A DNA stretch of 64,000 nucleotides from a virus. The position numbers were made by a program, and so were the translations under genes. Of this stretch, positions 32,299-42,939 are shown piece after piece; the first letter of the stretch is position 1, and every line of letters starts with the position of its first letter. The notes under the pieces were generated by a model. That model worked only from the letters and a program-made list of their open reading frames with translations, ran no database searches and had not been told where the DNA came from. The stretch covers positions 32,001 through 96,000 of the IMG/VR virus record IMGVR_UViG_3300031949_000005; one strand, written 5' to 3'.

Positions 32299-33057
32299 GA
32301 ATCCTTATCTTAAAGGGTTGGATTTCTGAATTTTTTCTTAATGCCGCTGCTATGTTGGTTTTGAAAGATTGGATTGATTTATCTTCCGGTTTTTCGACAA
32401 TCAAACATTGATCGGTTTGTAATCCATTAAAATCGCTAATAATCTTCAAATACTTTGGCTTACGACCTCTCGTTTCCTTCGTTTTGACATCAGTTAGATT
32501 AACAACTTTGGTTTCCATTTTCTATCCTTTCAAAATAGATTGAATACTACCCATTATGCTACTATCACTTATTCTATAAACCCAACCATTCCATATATAG
32601 TATTCATAACCATACAATTTGGCTACTGCTCTTGCGTTGGCAATATGACCATACCAATGATTATCAGAATTAAATGTGTTTTTCCAACTTATTTTTTCTT
32701 TCAAGAATGGTGGTGTCGGTCGTTCGCTTATTCTGCCACTTATGTAATTGGTTACTAAACCAACATAAACTAAATCGCCCCATCTCCAACATGATGGTAA
32801 GATTTGAGATGTTACTTCTGTTATATGAACAGCATTACCATAAACAGTTCTATATAAACATGTGTTGTCTTTATTGGCTGACTTTTGAGAAAACCACCCA
32901 AATTTCACATCTATATTTGTTTCTCTTAGGAAATATAGACCATTTTTTTCCTCTAGTTTTTGAACATCATGAGCAAGATTAGCACTAGAGTGGTTTGGAT
33001 GATAACAAGACCCTCGTTTACTTCCATGGCATCCACACGTTTTCATCATAGTCCCTT

Positions 33058-33384
33058 TCAAGACCGGAATAAACCAAATTCATCATCCTCGTCATCTGAC
33101 TCCCATCCTACATTATATCTAGTTTTCCTCTCTAGTTCAATCTCTTGGGCGCAAGATGCACAGAATTCTCCTTCATCAAGAATCCAAGGATCAATAGCTG
33201 GCCAACCGCATTTATTACATGGACAAGTTGGTTGAATACCCATCTTTTCGCAACATTTACTACAGCATGTACCATCACTTGAACTTCTAACTGGTCCTTG
33301 GCAAAAGAAGAAAGCGCCCTTGTCATATCCACCTGTTTCTTTATCACAAAAAGTGCAATAGAATAGCTCTTCTTCTGGGTTCAT
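33058..33384 (-). CDS. Cys-rich Zn-finger protein
   Basis: Multiple CxxC; paralogue of 42577..42837. Confidence 0.6.
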   Translation of the reverse strand: MNPEEELFYCTFCDKETGGYDKGAFFFCQGPVRSSSDGTCCSKCCEKMGIQPTCPCNKCGWPAIDPWILDEGEFCASCAQEIELERKTRYNVGWESDDEDDEFGLFRS

Positions 33385-33868
33385 AATTGTCTCCTTATGA
33401 TATCTCCGTCTCCCGAATAATCAATTGGGATTTTTGTCTTACATTTTTCGCAATTACAAGGAAATTTAGCCTCTAATTCTCTAGATTTCTTAGCTAGTCT
33501 TTCAAATGACTCCATAGTACTTTTGAAGTAAAAATTAAAGTCTCCACTCCAAAAAGTAACCCCAATCCATCTGTACGCTATGTCGGCATTCGACGGTGGA
33601 CGATGTAAGTCTTTTGTGTCTTTGACTATTGCTACAAAGCAATTTTTCATAGGTTCATAGCAAGCTGGAACATACGCTCCGCATCCCCCACATCTTTCGA
33701 TATCAGATGTATACAAACGATCATAACCACACCTAACACAGAGTTTAATAATTGGTGGATGGAATTTGAAACCATATTTAATAGTGAATGCTTCTACTCG
33801 TTGATCTAGTTTGATATTTCGTTCGCTTCGCTCCATCGTTGTGGTCTCATTCCAAAAAAATAGACGAA

Positions 33869-33952
33869 TGGGCAAGGCGGGACTCGAACCCGCACGTCCT
33901 TACGGACACGACTTTTTAAGAGTCGTACGGCTGCCAATTACGTCACTCGCCC
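33869..33952 (-). tRNA. tRNA-Leu(UAA)
   Basis: GGGCGAG acceptor, anticodon arm CGACT-CTTAAAA-AGTCG, long variable arm, GGTTCGAGTCC; no encoded CCA. Confidence 0.9.
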
Positions 33953-33963
33953 AATATTCATAT

Positions 33964-34452
33964 CTATTCGTTTTGTTTATCCTTAATTTTTCTTTTTCTT
34001 ACTGATGTATTAAGAGCTTTTTCTAAAGACCAACCAAGGTCGTCTAATCTTCCTCGTAAAACGCCTCTTGGTATATTATATTCTTTTGCCCAGTCTGCTC
34101 TACATTTAGTTGCACCTAGATATGTTTCTATTCTATTTCTTCTCGTATTTCTTATTTGTTCTCCTTTGGTACTCCATTTACAATTTTCTGGACAATAATT
34201 ACCATCGTTATTAACACGATCTATTTGATGATTAGGAGATGGTTTTTCTCCCATATCTTCTAAGAAGTTTTCAAATTTTAACCATCGTTCACAGACTGTT
34301 ATACCTCTTCCGCCATAGTTGTGGTAATTTGCTGTATTTTTGTTTTTGCATCTTTGAATCATGTGATCCCATGACTTGTAAGTTTTGGATTTATTTTTGC
34401 CGCCATGTCCATGAATTATTGTGTAATTTGCCATATTAATCCTTTGTTTCAC
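33964..34452 (-). CDS. HNH homing endonuclease between tRNA genes
   Basis: YGGRGITVCERW, IDRVNNDGNYCPENCKW. Confidence 0.85.
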   Translation of the reverse strand: MKQRINMANYTIIHGHGGKNKSKTYKSWDHMIQRCKNKNTANYHNYGGRGITVCERWLKFENFLEDMGEKPSPNHQIDRVNNDGNYCPENCKWSTKGEQIRNTRRNRIETYLGATKCRADWAKEYNIPRGVLRGRLDDLGWSLEKALNTSVRKRKIKDKQNE

Positions 34453-34525
34453 TACCCCCGATAGGATTCGAACCTATAACCTCCGGTTTAGAAAACCGAT
34501 ACTCTATCCATTGAGCTACGGGGGC
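34453..34525 (-). tRNA. tRNA-Arg(UCU)
   Basis: GCCCCCG acceptor, TAGCTCAATGGATAGAG D-arm, loop TTTCTAA, GGTTCGAATCC. Confidence 0.9.
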
Positions 34526-35469
34526 TTTTATTATTGAATCGTCGATAATTATTACATTCCATCATTATACTTTGTAAGATTCTGGACTACCGCATCCAAG
34601 GCTAATTCGAAACCCTGTATAAACCAATGTAGACGATCTCTGCCATTTTGGTTATCTTCAAAATCGTGTGTGCGCTTACTGCGCTGCCAGATGATTATAT
34701 GTCCTGGTTCTCTTGTATCTATGGTAATGCCAATCGCATTAGCACGATCAATAAAGTGTTGTGGTATCTTTGAAGGACTAATCATTATAATTCTCCAATA
34801 CGTATCTCACATTCGCTAATAGGTAAGACAAACATTGTGGGGCTTATTGCTACTAATCCTCCAGTTTCCAGATTAACAGCCAATAATCCAGTTTTGTATA
34901 AAGTGTGTCCAGTGTGGAGTTGTTTTGTTCTTATATAATACTGATTATTTAATTTAAAACACGTTCCAATTTTTATATCCTTAAATTCTTTACATTTTGG
35001 TTTATTACCATTTTCTAAGACGATATTCATTTTTGTTCCTTTTCACGTATTCGTCCATTGTATACGAAAATCTAATTGTCGAAACCCCATATTCGAGAAT
35101 CATCTGATTATCTGCTTCTCTATGTGCGTGGACCATTGCTTGTTCTATGTTCCCGAAAACGCTTGCGCCCGTGTTGAAATAATTAACTACTTGAGTAGAA
35201 TTGAATCCATCATCCCCATCCGGTTCCCATCTTAGGTTGTCAATAGCCATTGCGTGAATAACCCTGTATTCATTGTTGGGAAAACAACCAATATAAATCC
35301 CATTATCAGCCGACATTTCCTTCTCCTTCAAATATAAACAAAAGAATGTCGAATCTATTGCAAATCATTTGACACACATTAGTAATAAACTCGTCGTCTA
35401 GTCCATCCAACATACATATCAAATCATCTTGTATATGTTCTCTTTGATTTTCTAAATCCCTTCTTGTTA

Positions 35470-35982
35470 TCATTCATCATTCTCTTCAAAAAAATTTTCA
35501 ACATCTTTATTTTGATGATTACCTATTATCTCCTCAAAACTATTTATCAAAAGAATCCTACACAGAATTGCAAACACATGGTTATTTGGGAAATATTTTA
35601 TGAAGAAACTCTCACATTCTTTTTTAGATATAAACTTCAGCGCTAATGCAGCGGCAACCGCTGGACTTCTCGAAATACCAGCCTCGCAATGAATGATTAC
35701 AATTTCATCATCTTCGTTTATGAAATCATTTATTTGATTTGCGTGTGACTCGTCGAATAAGATGGGCCAGTCCGACTTATCCTTGTTTATACTTTTAACT
35801 ACATCAATTTGTTCTGTCCTTAAATCATGGAACTGAAGTCTCAAAATTCGAGACTCCGGTAAACCGATAGACGCCGGATTGGACCGTGGATCGGTTATAG
35901 AGATGACTTTTATGTGTTCTCTATTGAGACATTGATCAATTTCTTGATTGACGAATTCTCTTGGGCATACTTTTATATTCAT
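35470..35982 (-). CDS. Protein-tyrosine/dual-specificity phosphatase-like protein
   Basis: HCEAGISRS (CX5R) and F.D loop. Confidence 0.85.
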   Translation of the reverse strand: MNIKVCPREFVNQEIDQCLNREHIKVISITDPRSNPASIGLPESRILRLQFHDLRTEQIDVVKSINKDKSDWPILFDESHANQINDFINEDDEIVIIHCEAGISRSPAVAAALALKFISKKECESFFIKYFPNNHVFAILCRILLINSFEEIIGNHQNKDVENFFEENDE

Positions 35983-36327
35983 AGTACTACCACTTCATGA
36001 ATTTAACGACCATAATACCTAACACAAACCACACAAAAGAATGTGATAATCTGTCATAAATATTCCAGGTTCTGGGATAAGGCCATTTATTTTTCATATT
36101 TATATCTCTTGTGGTTGTTTCATTTCAAAAGGCAAATATGATTTTTCGATATCGTTTATGAGGACATTAGTATAATCACTGATAGGACACCCATCCTCGG
36201 TTTCATAATCACATAAATCTCCTGCCATAAATTCTTGTGAAACCCACAATTGTTTATCTGTGTCGAAACTTTGAATTACGCAACCATTTGTTATCTTTTT
36301 TACGATCATTTTATTCTCCTTGGAAAA

Positions 36328-36399
36328 TGGGCGTGGAGGGACTTGAACCCCCAACGTCCCGGTTAAAAGCCGGTTACTCTGCCATTGAGTTACACGCCC
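36328..36399 (-). tRNA. tRNA-Lys(UUU)
   Basis: GGGCGTG acceptor, loop CTTTTAA, GGTTCAAGTCC. Confidence 0.9.
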
Positions 36400-36630
36400 G
36401 TCGCTATTCTGGCAACAATCGCAATAGTTCTCTTAGAGTAAGAGATTTACCGTTTTGATGAACAAACAAAATACCTCCTCTAGTTTGTGCATACTCCTTA
36501 TCTCTCTTATTAAGGCGATTCAGAAATTCAAGAGACACAGCAAGACAAGAGCTTTGTATTGGGTGTAGATTGCCTTTGCTTATTTGCTGTTCGATTACAG
36601 TTTCACACAATTCTTTTTTGGTCAACATTA

Positions 36631-37254
36631 CTATTCTCCGTTCAAATCCAGGGTTTCAAGTTCATTCAAACCTATGAATTCGGTTCCATCAATTGTCATA
36701 TGAAAACTTGTGTGTATGTGACCAAAAATCCATAGTTTGGGCTTATGTATATACCACATGGCATCCAGCGCTTGTCCGGTACGACTTGGGTATATTCTAG
36801 TTGAACCAGTAATAATGGGAACAATACTTTGAGGCGGGACGTGAGTGATCATAGTATGAGGCTTCGTTATACCAACCATCGAATAATTTTCGACGGCTCT
36901 ATTTAGGTCCTCCAACGATATTTCCTCATCACGCCACCATGATTTTCCTTCTATTCTAAGATGTTTGTCTATACTCAAACCACCTCGTGTCCAAAAAAAT
37001 TCAAATAAATTCTTTGTTCCTGTGAAAAATCCCATTCTTCCATAATCACCGATATAATGAGGCAACTTTTTTATCTCATCATAATTATCGTGGTTTCCAC
37101 CTATGATGATATGATTACCAGAATCAACCGAATCCATGTGTTCATAATCGAAGCCCATATCGCCTATTTGAATTGTATACGGTTTATTTCTAACTATCTT
37201 GAGATATTCATTGTATTTTCCATGAACATCGCCTATTACTGTTACTGTTGACAT
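36631..37254 (-). CDS. Calcineurin-like metallophosphoesterase
   Basis: GDVHG, GDMG, GNHD, TH, FGHIH. Confidence 0.85.
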   Translation of the reverse strand: MSTVTVIGDVHGKYNEYLKIVRNKPYTIQIGDMGFDYEHMDSVDSGNHIIIGGNHDNYDEIKKLPHYIGDYGRMGFFTGTKNLFEFFWTRGGLSIDKHLRIEGKSWWRDEEISLEDLNRAVENYSMVGITKPHTMITHVPPQSIVPIITGSTRIYPSRTGQALDAMWYIHKPKLWIFGHIHTSFHMTIDGTEFIGLNELETLDLNGE

Positions 37255-37715
37255 TTTACACCTTAACTAGACAAAGAATCGAACACACGATTATTATAGC
37301 CCAAATCATATAATTTGTCCAGGTTATAATGTCTTTTCTCATTATAGTAAATATGTTTTGATTAACCATCCTATAGATAAAACTAACGTTGTTCTTATTA
37401 AGGGGTAATACATTTCGCGCCATCTATATTCTGAAGTTTCCTCTAAGTGTCGTTTTAATAATTTAATTGATTTTGGATTATATATTAACGTGTTAACGAA
37501 TAATCCCAACCCCATTATTTGGAATGTATTTATTGGTGAAACCTTAATAGTCGGGACAACAAACCATAACCAACAAATAGAAAGAGCATAAGCGCGGTAC
37601 AGTATAGAAAAAAGAGTAAGGGGTATGCCTAAGACGGTGAATAATATATCCGATAGAGTTTTTACTTTAATAGTCGCATTACAATCTAATTGCATTTTTG
37701 ATCCTTTCATTAAAA

Positions 37716-37787
37716 TGCTCTCACGGGGACTCGAACCCCGGTCTTTGGCTTGAAAGGCCAATATCCTAGCCGCTAGACGACAAGAGC
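37716..37787 (-). tRNA. tRNA-Glu(UUC)
   Basis: GCTCTTG acceptor, TTGGC-CTTTCAA-GCCAA, GGTTCGAGTCC. Confidence 0.88.
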
Positions 37788-38092
37788 TTTTGAATTTCCT
37801 TAATTAAAATGACACCATCCGTTTCCATCTTCGTCGTCAAAAAACCACCCAAGCTTGCTTATTCTTTCATGTTCCATCGCCGTCAATCGTTCTTTAGGCT
37901 CCTCTACATAGATAATATCGTGTTCATAATCTATACCCACTTCTGGGTCATGCTTCTCGATGATTGTTAGACCTTCGATAATCTCTACTTTTCTCCTTAT
38001 ATTTACACTTTACTAACTGAGTGGACTTTTTTATTATTAAGTGGGCGCAAGTTTAGCAATTGGCGCAATATCATAGTGATATCATATGAATA

Positions 38093-38431
38093 TTACATTT
38101 TTTGTGCCCACTCGTACAGGAAACTGTCGAGAGAATCGTATATTCTCACTACCACACAAAGAGCATCAAATTGTCTCCCACGATCGTCGATAAGAACATC
38201 GGCTTCTGGTATTTTTGAGGCATCCTTATGTAGATAATAGAATCCCATGAGACTTGCGATGGCTGCGCCATCCTCGTGAGAGGACCAAACTGTGACATTG
38301 TGTGCGCCGCGACGCACCCATTCTTTGAATTCTATAAACCTTTCGTGAAGCTGTCCATTTATTAAGACGGTATCATCCAGATCTAGAAGTATGCGCATTT
38401 TAATATTCCGGCCACACCCACATTTTCCCAA
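38093..38431 (-). CDS. HAD-superfamily phosphatase-like protein
   Basis: LLDLDDTV, VWS, LIDD. Confidence 0.7.
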   Translation of the reverse strand: MGKCGCGRNIKMRILLDLDDTVLINGQLHERFIEFKEWVRRGAHNVTVWSSHEDGAAIASLMGFYYLHKDASKIPEADVLIDDRGRQFDALCVVVRIYDSLDSFLYEWAQKM

Positions 38432-40219
38432 TCTGACTTCTTTTTCTAATCTTCCTTTGGAATGTGTAATCTTATTTGTTCAACCATTTCATATATCAGA
38501 TCTTCTTTTTCTTTTTCTTTTTCTGATAGGAAATTCCAATGTACGCCGTAGGTAAATCCGAGGATAGAAAGAGAGATAAAACCCATTTTACTCAGATTTA
38601 TCCCCAAATCAAAGAAATTCACCAAGAACTCCGTAAAATTCCTTGGAATATCTTTATCAAACTTTATCCTCTTCATTGGTTTAACCACCCCATAGACCAC
38701 ACAAATATCGTGATAGAAGTACTGAGGATGAGGAAAAGGGGCCATTCAATAGTGTGGCCGCGTTCAGCTTTTATAAGAACGAGGGTTAAAAACCAGATAC
38801 TTACGATTAAAGAAGCGATTTTCAAAAACATTTTATTTCTCCTAATCGAATACCCCATATTTAATAATAATAACGGGGTGATTTTCGTCGAGGATGCCTT
38901 CCGTATCCATGTCGGTACTAAAATCGTCTATCGGGAAATATTCCCCGACATCTGCATCATAAATAGTTACGTCCATTCCTAGTGCCTCTTCGCCTAGCTT
39001 CTGAAGGTGATCTAGTAGTCCTTTATACGTCATTTTTAAATCTCCTTAAGAATATATCCATGCTGATCGACTAGAATACCTTGATTATTACATGTCAAAG
39101 TATAAACTCTTGCTGGTCCATTATACTTGCGATTTTTTTAAAATACTGTTTCTTATTTATCATCCGGATTTTCTGTCTAAGATGTGTATTTACGCTGAAA
39201 TCGAAATAATCTCCATCTTGAGATAAAAAATCTTCGCACCAATCGCTAAAACATTGTAAATCACCAACATCAGACGTTGCGTTCATGAGCATTATCATGC
39301 GTGAGCGGGACAATCGGAACGTTGATCCCATATCGAGTTCTCCTTTTGTTACTGACTATCTTATTGGCACCATCTCCTTAGAAATAGGCTTTACCAGTCC
39401 TTGCCTATCTCGCTTTCCCACATGCTTAGTTCGCTCGTTTCCTGTAAATCGTGCTATTCCTTATCCGTAAGGTATGCAAGGCCAGGATCATCAATGCCGA
39501 CTATCATCCGGCCTTCTTGTGTGTATTTTGCATTCGGTGGTACACTACCTATCCATGCTACGTAGGTATCTAGGGTGCCGACAGCACCGCGGTTAAGCGC
39601 CGATCGCATTTTGACAGCCGTTTCGGGATCGGCATTTAATACCCAATCGAGGAATGCGTCAGACACGACTTGCGGTTTGTAGTCTTTGATCCTACGTAAT
39701 GTTTGTGAAAACGCAAATATATCAGCCATTACTTTCTTACCTTTCAACCTAACAAGATAAAGACATGACACACACACACGACATGGTCGGCACCACCCCT
39801 TTAGGGTCGATTTTTCTAAATAAGGTCCTTCGCACAAACATCCAGACTAGCCCTACGCCCCTAAAAACCCACTTTTCCTCATTTTATAGCTCTTTATGGA
39901 CCCTATAATGATGGTATTTTAGTCCCTTAAAAAGCCTGAAATTTGCCAGAAAAAGGCGTTTTTCACGTCAAATAATAGCTAGAAACGCCAATTTCCCGCA
40001 TTTTCGATGGATCATTCCCTATTATTCGTTCAAAAAGACGATCTGTCTCGCCTAGGGATGATACTTCGCAAGCGAAAACTGGAAAAAATACATATTTTCC
40101 TTCAAGAAATTGAGTTTTTGATATGTCTTTGTAGAGAAAAAGCTTCTTTTCCACTAACTTCCTCCTTTTTCTATTCAGAAACATGGTTTTTGTATACTTT
40201 TCACGACTTTTGTGTATAA

Positions 40220-40789
40220 GTGAGTATGAAAAAAACATGGGCAAGAGGAAAGGAGTGGTATCGTCGTCAGAGACTTGCGAGTAATCTATGTATGACATAT
40301 GGATGTAAAAACGATAGGGTAATAAATAGACAAACATGCAGAGAATGCCAAAAGAAGAGCAAGAATTATAGGATTAACAGGTCTATTAAACTTACTCAAC
40401 TTGGTCTGTGTACCAGATGTGGTCAAAATAATTATCTTGAAATATATCAAGACAGAAAGACAAAAACCAAGTTATGTGAACTTTGTTATCTCAAGAGAAT
40501 GGCTTCTCAACACCTTGGTGCGGAGAGTTACTACGTAGATTTGTTAAATCTACTTCAAAAACAAAAGTTCAGATGTGCTTATACTGGAGGTGATCTTGTT
40601 TTAGGCTTAAACGCTTCGTTGGATCATATACTTCCGCGAAAGAAATATCCGGATAAAATCAAAGATATTGATAATCTTCAATGGGTTATTCGTGATATAA
40701 ATACGATGAAATCGGGTTTCGAAGAGGAGACGTTCATTAACCTTGTTACAAAGATGTATCTATATTTAACTAAATCCAATAATTCCTAA
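40220..40789 (+). CDS. HNH endonuclease with Zn ribbons, inverted relative to neighbours
   Basis: CxxC pairs; CAYTG..L....ASLDHILP...NLQWV...IN.MK. Confidence 0.75.
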   Translation: MSMKKTWARGKEWYRRQRLASNLCMTYGCKNDRVINRQTCRECQKKSKNYRINRSIKLTQLGLCTRCGQNNYLEIYQDRKTKTKLCELCYLKRMASQHLGAESYYVDLLNLLQKQKFRCAYTGGDLVLGLNASLDHILPRKKYPDKIKDIDNLQWVIRDINTMKSGFEEETFINLVTKMYLYLTKSNNS

Positions 40790-40793
40790 ATCG

Positions 40794-41201
40794 TTATTTA
40801 CATCCCTTCCTAGCTCTAGGATTCCTGTTTTTGGCTCTTGTCGCCTTTTGACGCATCTTGGCCTCTTGTTCTTGTCTCGCCAACCGTTCCTCTCGGCGCA
40901 ATGGGTCGGAATTTATCGTGCCTATACGAATAGACTCATTGGTGGCCAATTTACATACATTTTTGCGCGGACGACATGCAGTTTTTCTTGACTTGATGTT
41001 CTGACCATCCAATCCCTTGGTTATATTGACGAACGGACGCTTGGTGGTGAAACCATAACGGCCATCTCCGGCGACTTTATCTAAATCACCATTAGATGAA
41101 AACCGTCTACCTCCTTTTACTCTTCGAGTCCACTCTAGTCCGAGCCTGTATGTTTTGAGGAATTTTTTATCCTCTTCTGTCTGGGGTATGTTATAGATCA
41201 C
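40794..41201 (-). CDS. Basic hypothetical protein
   Basis: Start reassigned to GTG at 41201 after SD AGGAG; the ORF-track start lies inside the tRNA. Confidence 0.6.
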   Translation of the reverse strand: MIYNIPQTEEDKKFLKTYRLGLEWTRRVKGGRRFSSNGDLDKVAGDGRYGFTTKRPFVNITKGLDGQNIKSRKTACRPRKNVCKLATNESIRIGTINSDPLRREERLARQEQEAKMRQKATRAKNRNPRARKGCK

Positions 41202-41225
41202 TTGGTTTACTCCTGTTAAAAATAT

Positions 41226-41300
41226 TGACCCCACCCGGATTCGAACCGGGAACCTCGATTTTATAAGAATCGCGCTCTAGCCGACTTGAGCTATGGGGCC
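41226..41300 (-). tRNA. tRNA-Ile(UAU)
   Basis: GGCCCCA acceptor, CGATT-CTTATAA-AATCG, GGTTCGAATCC, discriminator A. Confidence 0.88.
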
Positions 41301-41303
41301 GAC

Positions 41304-41336
41304 TGGACCTCCTGGGAATCGAACCCATAGAGGCCC
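41304..41336 (-). ncRNA. tRNA minihelix (acceptor stem plus T arm only)
   Basis: GGGCCTC-TA-TGGG-TTCGATT-CCCAG-GAGGTCC-A. Confidence 0.65.
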
Positions 41337-41349
41337 ACTTCTTCCACTG

Positions 41350-41991
41350 TTACTGCATTCCAATACCTAGGCCGGACGGTTCATCCCAACGAATATCGCT
41401 TTCGTAGGGACGACGTGATCCACAGACACTGTTGTGATATGCGCCATCACGACTTGGAACAGGATCGTGATAAGACATCCCATCGGGATTTTTCAACGTC
41501 TGCATAATACCCCACCACAGAGCACGCTTTGCGATTTTGTCTCCGGTCCTTATGGCCTGTCGGAGATGCTCATTGTTGAAAATGAGATCGTTGGCACGAG
41601 TCTTAATATCGTACCAGTCGGGTCTAATGATTTGAATATCGACCACAGGCACTGTCGTTGCTCGATAAACAGTCACAACAGACGGATCGTCGAGATAGTC
41701 GTAACTATGATTGCCTATGATGATCCTATCTCCCCGTGATAATTGAGGCGCGATATCCATCTTGAGTTCCATCCGACAGAACTTACAGACTTCCTCGCTA
41801 TAGAGGACGAAGAAGTCATATCTCGTCACGAGAGAGTTCCCACTATCAGAATACGTTTTCGATCCACCAAAGTATCTACTCCCCGTCGGAGTAAATAAGA
41901 ATTTGGGGTGGCTAACGATTCTGTCTAGAATCCCATAAAGAGAATTCTTGATTTCCGGCATGAACGTATCGCTACCATGATAGCTCAACAT
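41350..41991 (-). CDS. Pol-beta nucleotidyltransferase-like protein with an 8-aa insertion in the DxD motif
   Basis: TGSRYFG.....SD[SGNSLVTR]YDFFV, VDIQ. Confidence 0.65.
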   Translation of the reverse strand: MLSYHGSDTFMPEIKNSLYGILDRIVSHPKFLFTPTGSRYFGGSKTYSDSGNSLVTRYDFFVLYSEEVCKFCRMELKMDIAPQLSRGDRIIIGNHSYDYLDDPSVVTVYRATTVPVVDIQIIRPDWYDIKTRANDLIFNNEHLRQAIRTGDKIAKRALWWGIMQTLKNPDGMSYHDPVPSRDGAYHNSVCGSRRPYESDIRWDEPSGLGIGMQ

Positions 41992-42234
41992 GGTGATCCC
42001 CTTTCCGGCGCTATTGCGCCATTGCCTTTTTGATGAAGGAGCACGCAGACATTAAGTCCTCTTCGCCATTAAGAATATTGACGAGGACTTCTCGTTTCCT
42101 AGAGTCGAGTCGGTGTAGAGACACTCCATTAGCCACTTCTTCGATAGCTTCACGGAAGAGTTGGTGTGCGGTTTTTTTCTCCTTTGTCTGGACGAAAGTG
42201 AATTGTCCAGTCTCGTCACGAGAGAGTTCCCACT
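41821..42234. repeat. Exact 24-bp direct repeat TCTCGTCACGAGAGAGTTCCCACT at 41821-41844 and 42211-42234
   Basis: Read directly from the sequence. Confidence 0.95.
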
Positions 42235-42576
42235 CCGAAGCAATGGCTTTTACTATCATCGCCACATCCGGTATTGTTAGCCAGACACGATCGAAATTCT
42301 GGGTTATACTTACACCACCACTAGAATTCTTTGGATCGGAACTTACTTCGAAACCATCGGTGAAGTTATAACTTCTAAGACAATACATCACACAATCTCC
42401 TCTAACGGCCACCTTTTCAATTGCTTGCCGCGCATCTCCGGGTGTGCTTTCCGTAACTCTCGACGCGCCACATTCCTCGTCTTGGTTTGCGGATTACGAT
42501 GCCCCTTCGGATTGTTCGACTTCTTCGATTTTTTATCTTCCTTCGACGACATTTTCCTCTTCCTTTCGTTCGACTT

Positions 42577-42837
42577 TCATGTTTTCTGACTCTCGTGACT
42601 ATGCAGTGAACACAACCTACAAATCATGCCATTTTCATATTCTGCGTGGTCGAAAGATGGCCAGTGACACAATAGACATGGTAAATTGTCAAATCCCGTT
42701 ATCCCCATCTTGTCGGCACATTGACCACATACAAATCCCGCACTGTCTAGAACCGAATGATCATCGTGAAACCCTGTCTCTTCTTCGCATATGATACACG
42801 AAGGCATTACTACTCCGGTTTCTTCGTTAAGAAACAT
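42577..42837 (-). CDS. Cys-rich Zn-finger protein
   Basis: Start reassigned to MFLNEETG after SD AAGGAG; four CxxC. Confidence 0.6.
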   Translation of the reverse strand: MFLNEETGVVMPSCIICEEETGFHDDHSVLDSAGFVCGQCADKMGITGFDNLPCLLCHWPSFDHAEYENGMICRLCSLHSHESQKT

Positions 42838-42863
42838 GGTTGTCTCCTTACGTTTGGGGTTAT

Positions 42864-42935
42864 ATCCCATACTAGGATTTGAACCTAGATTCACCGTGTT
42901 GTCACAGTGCGTCTTACCAATTAGACTATATGGGA
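42864..42935 (-). ncRNA. tRNA-like element with aberrant anticodon arm
   Basis: TCCCATA/TATGGGA acceptor, GTCT-AATTGGTA-AGAC D arm, CTAGG-TTCAAAT-CCTAG T arm; anticodon arm CACTGTG-ACAA-CACGGTG. Confidence 0.75.
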
Positions 42936-42939
42936 TACC

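Noticed and set aside
110-39470. Plus-strand ORFs in the left block (e.g. 110-379, 8014-8271, 9424-9795, 22744-23175, 27877-28386, 38539-38982)
   Set aside because: Antisense shadows of well-supported minus-strand genes, with no SD or recognisable motifs
39963-40337. Minus-strand 124-aa ORF overlapping the HNH start
   Set aside because: Overlaps the plus-strand HNH gene and its candidate promoter; no recognisable motif
41821-42234. 24-bp repeat as a diversity-generating retroelement TR/VR pair
   Set aside because: Too short, identical with no adenine-specific mismatches, and no reverse transcriptase in the window
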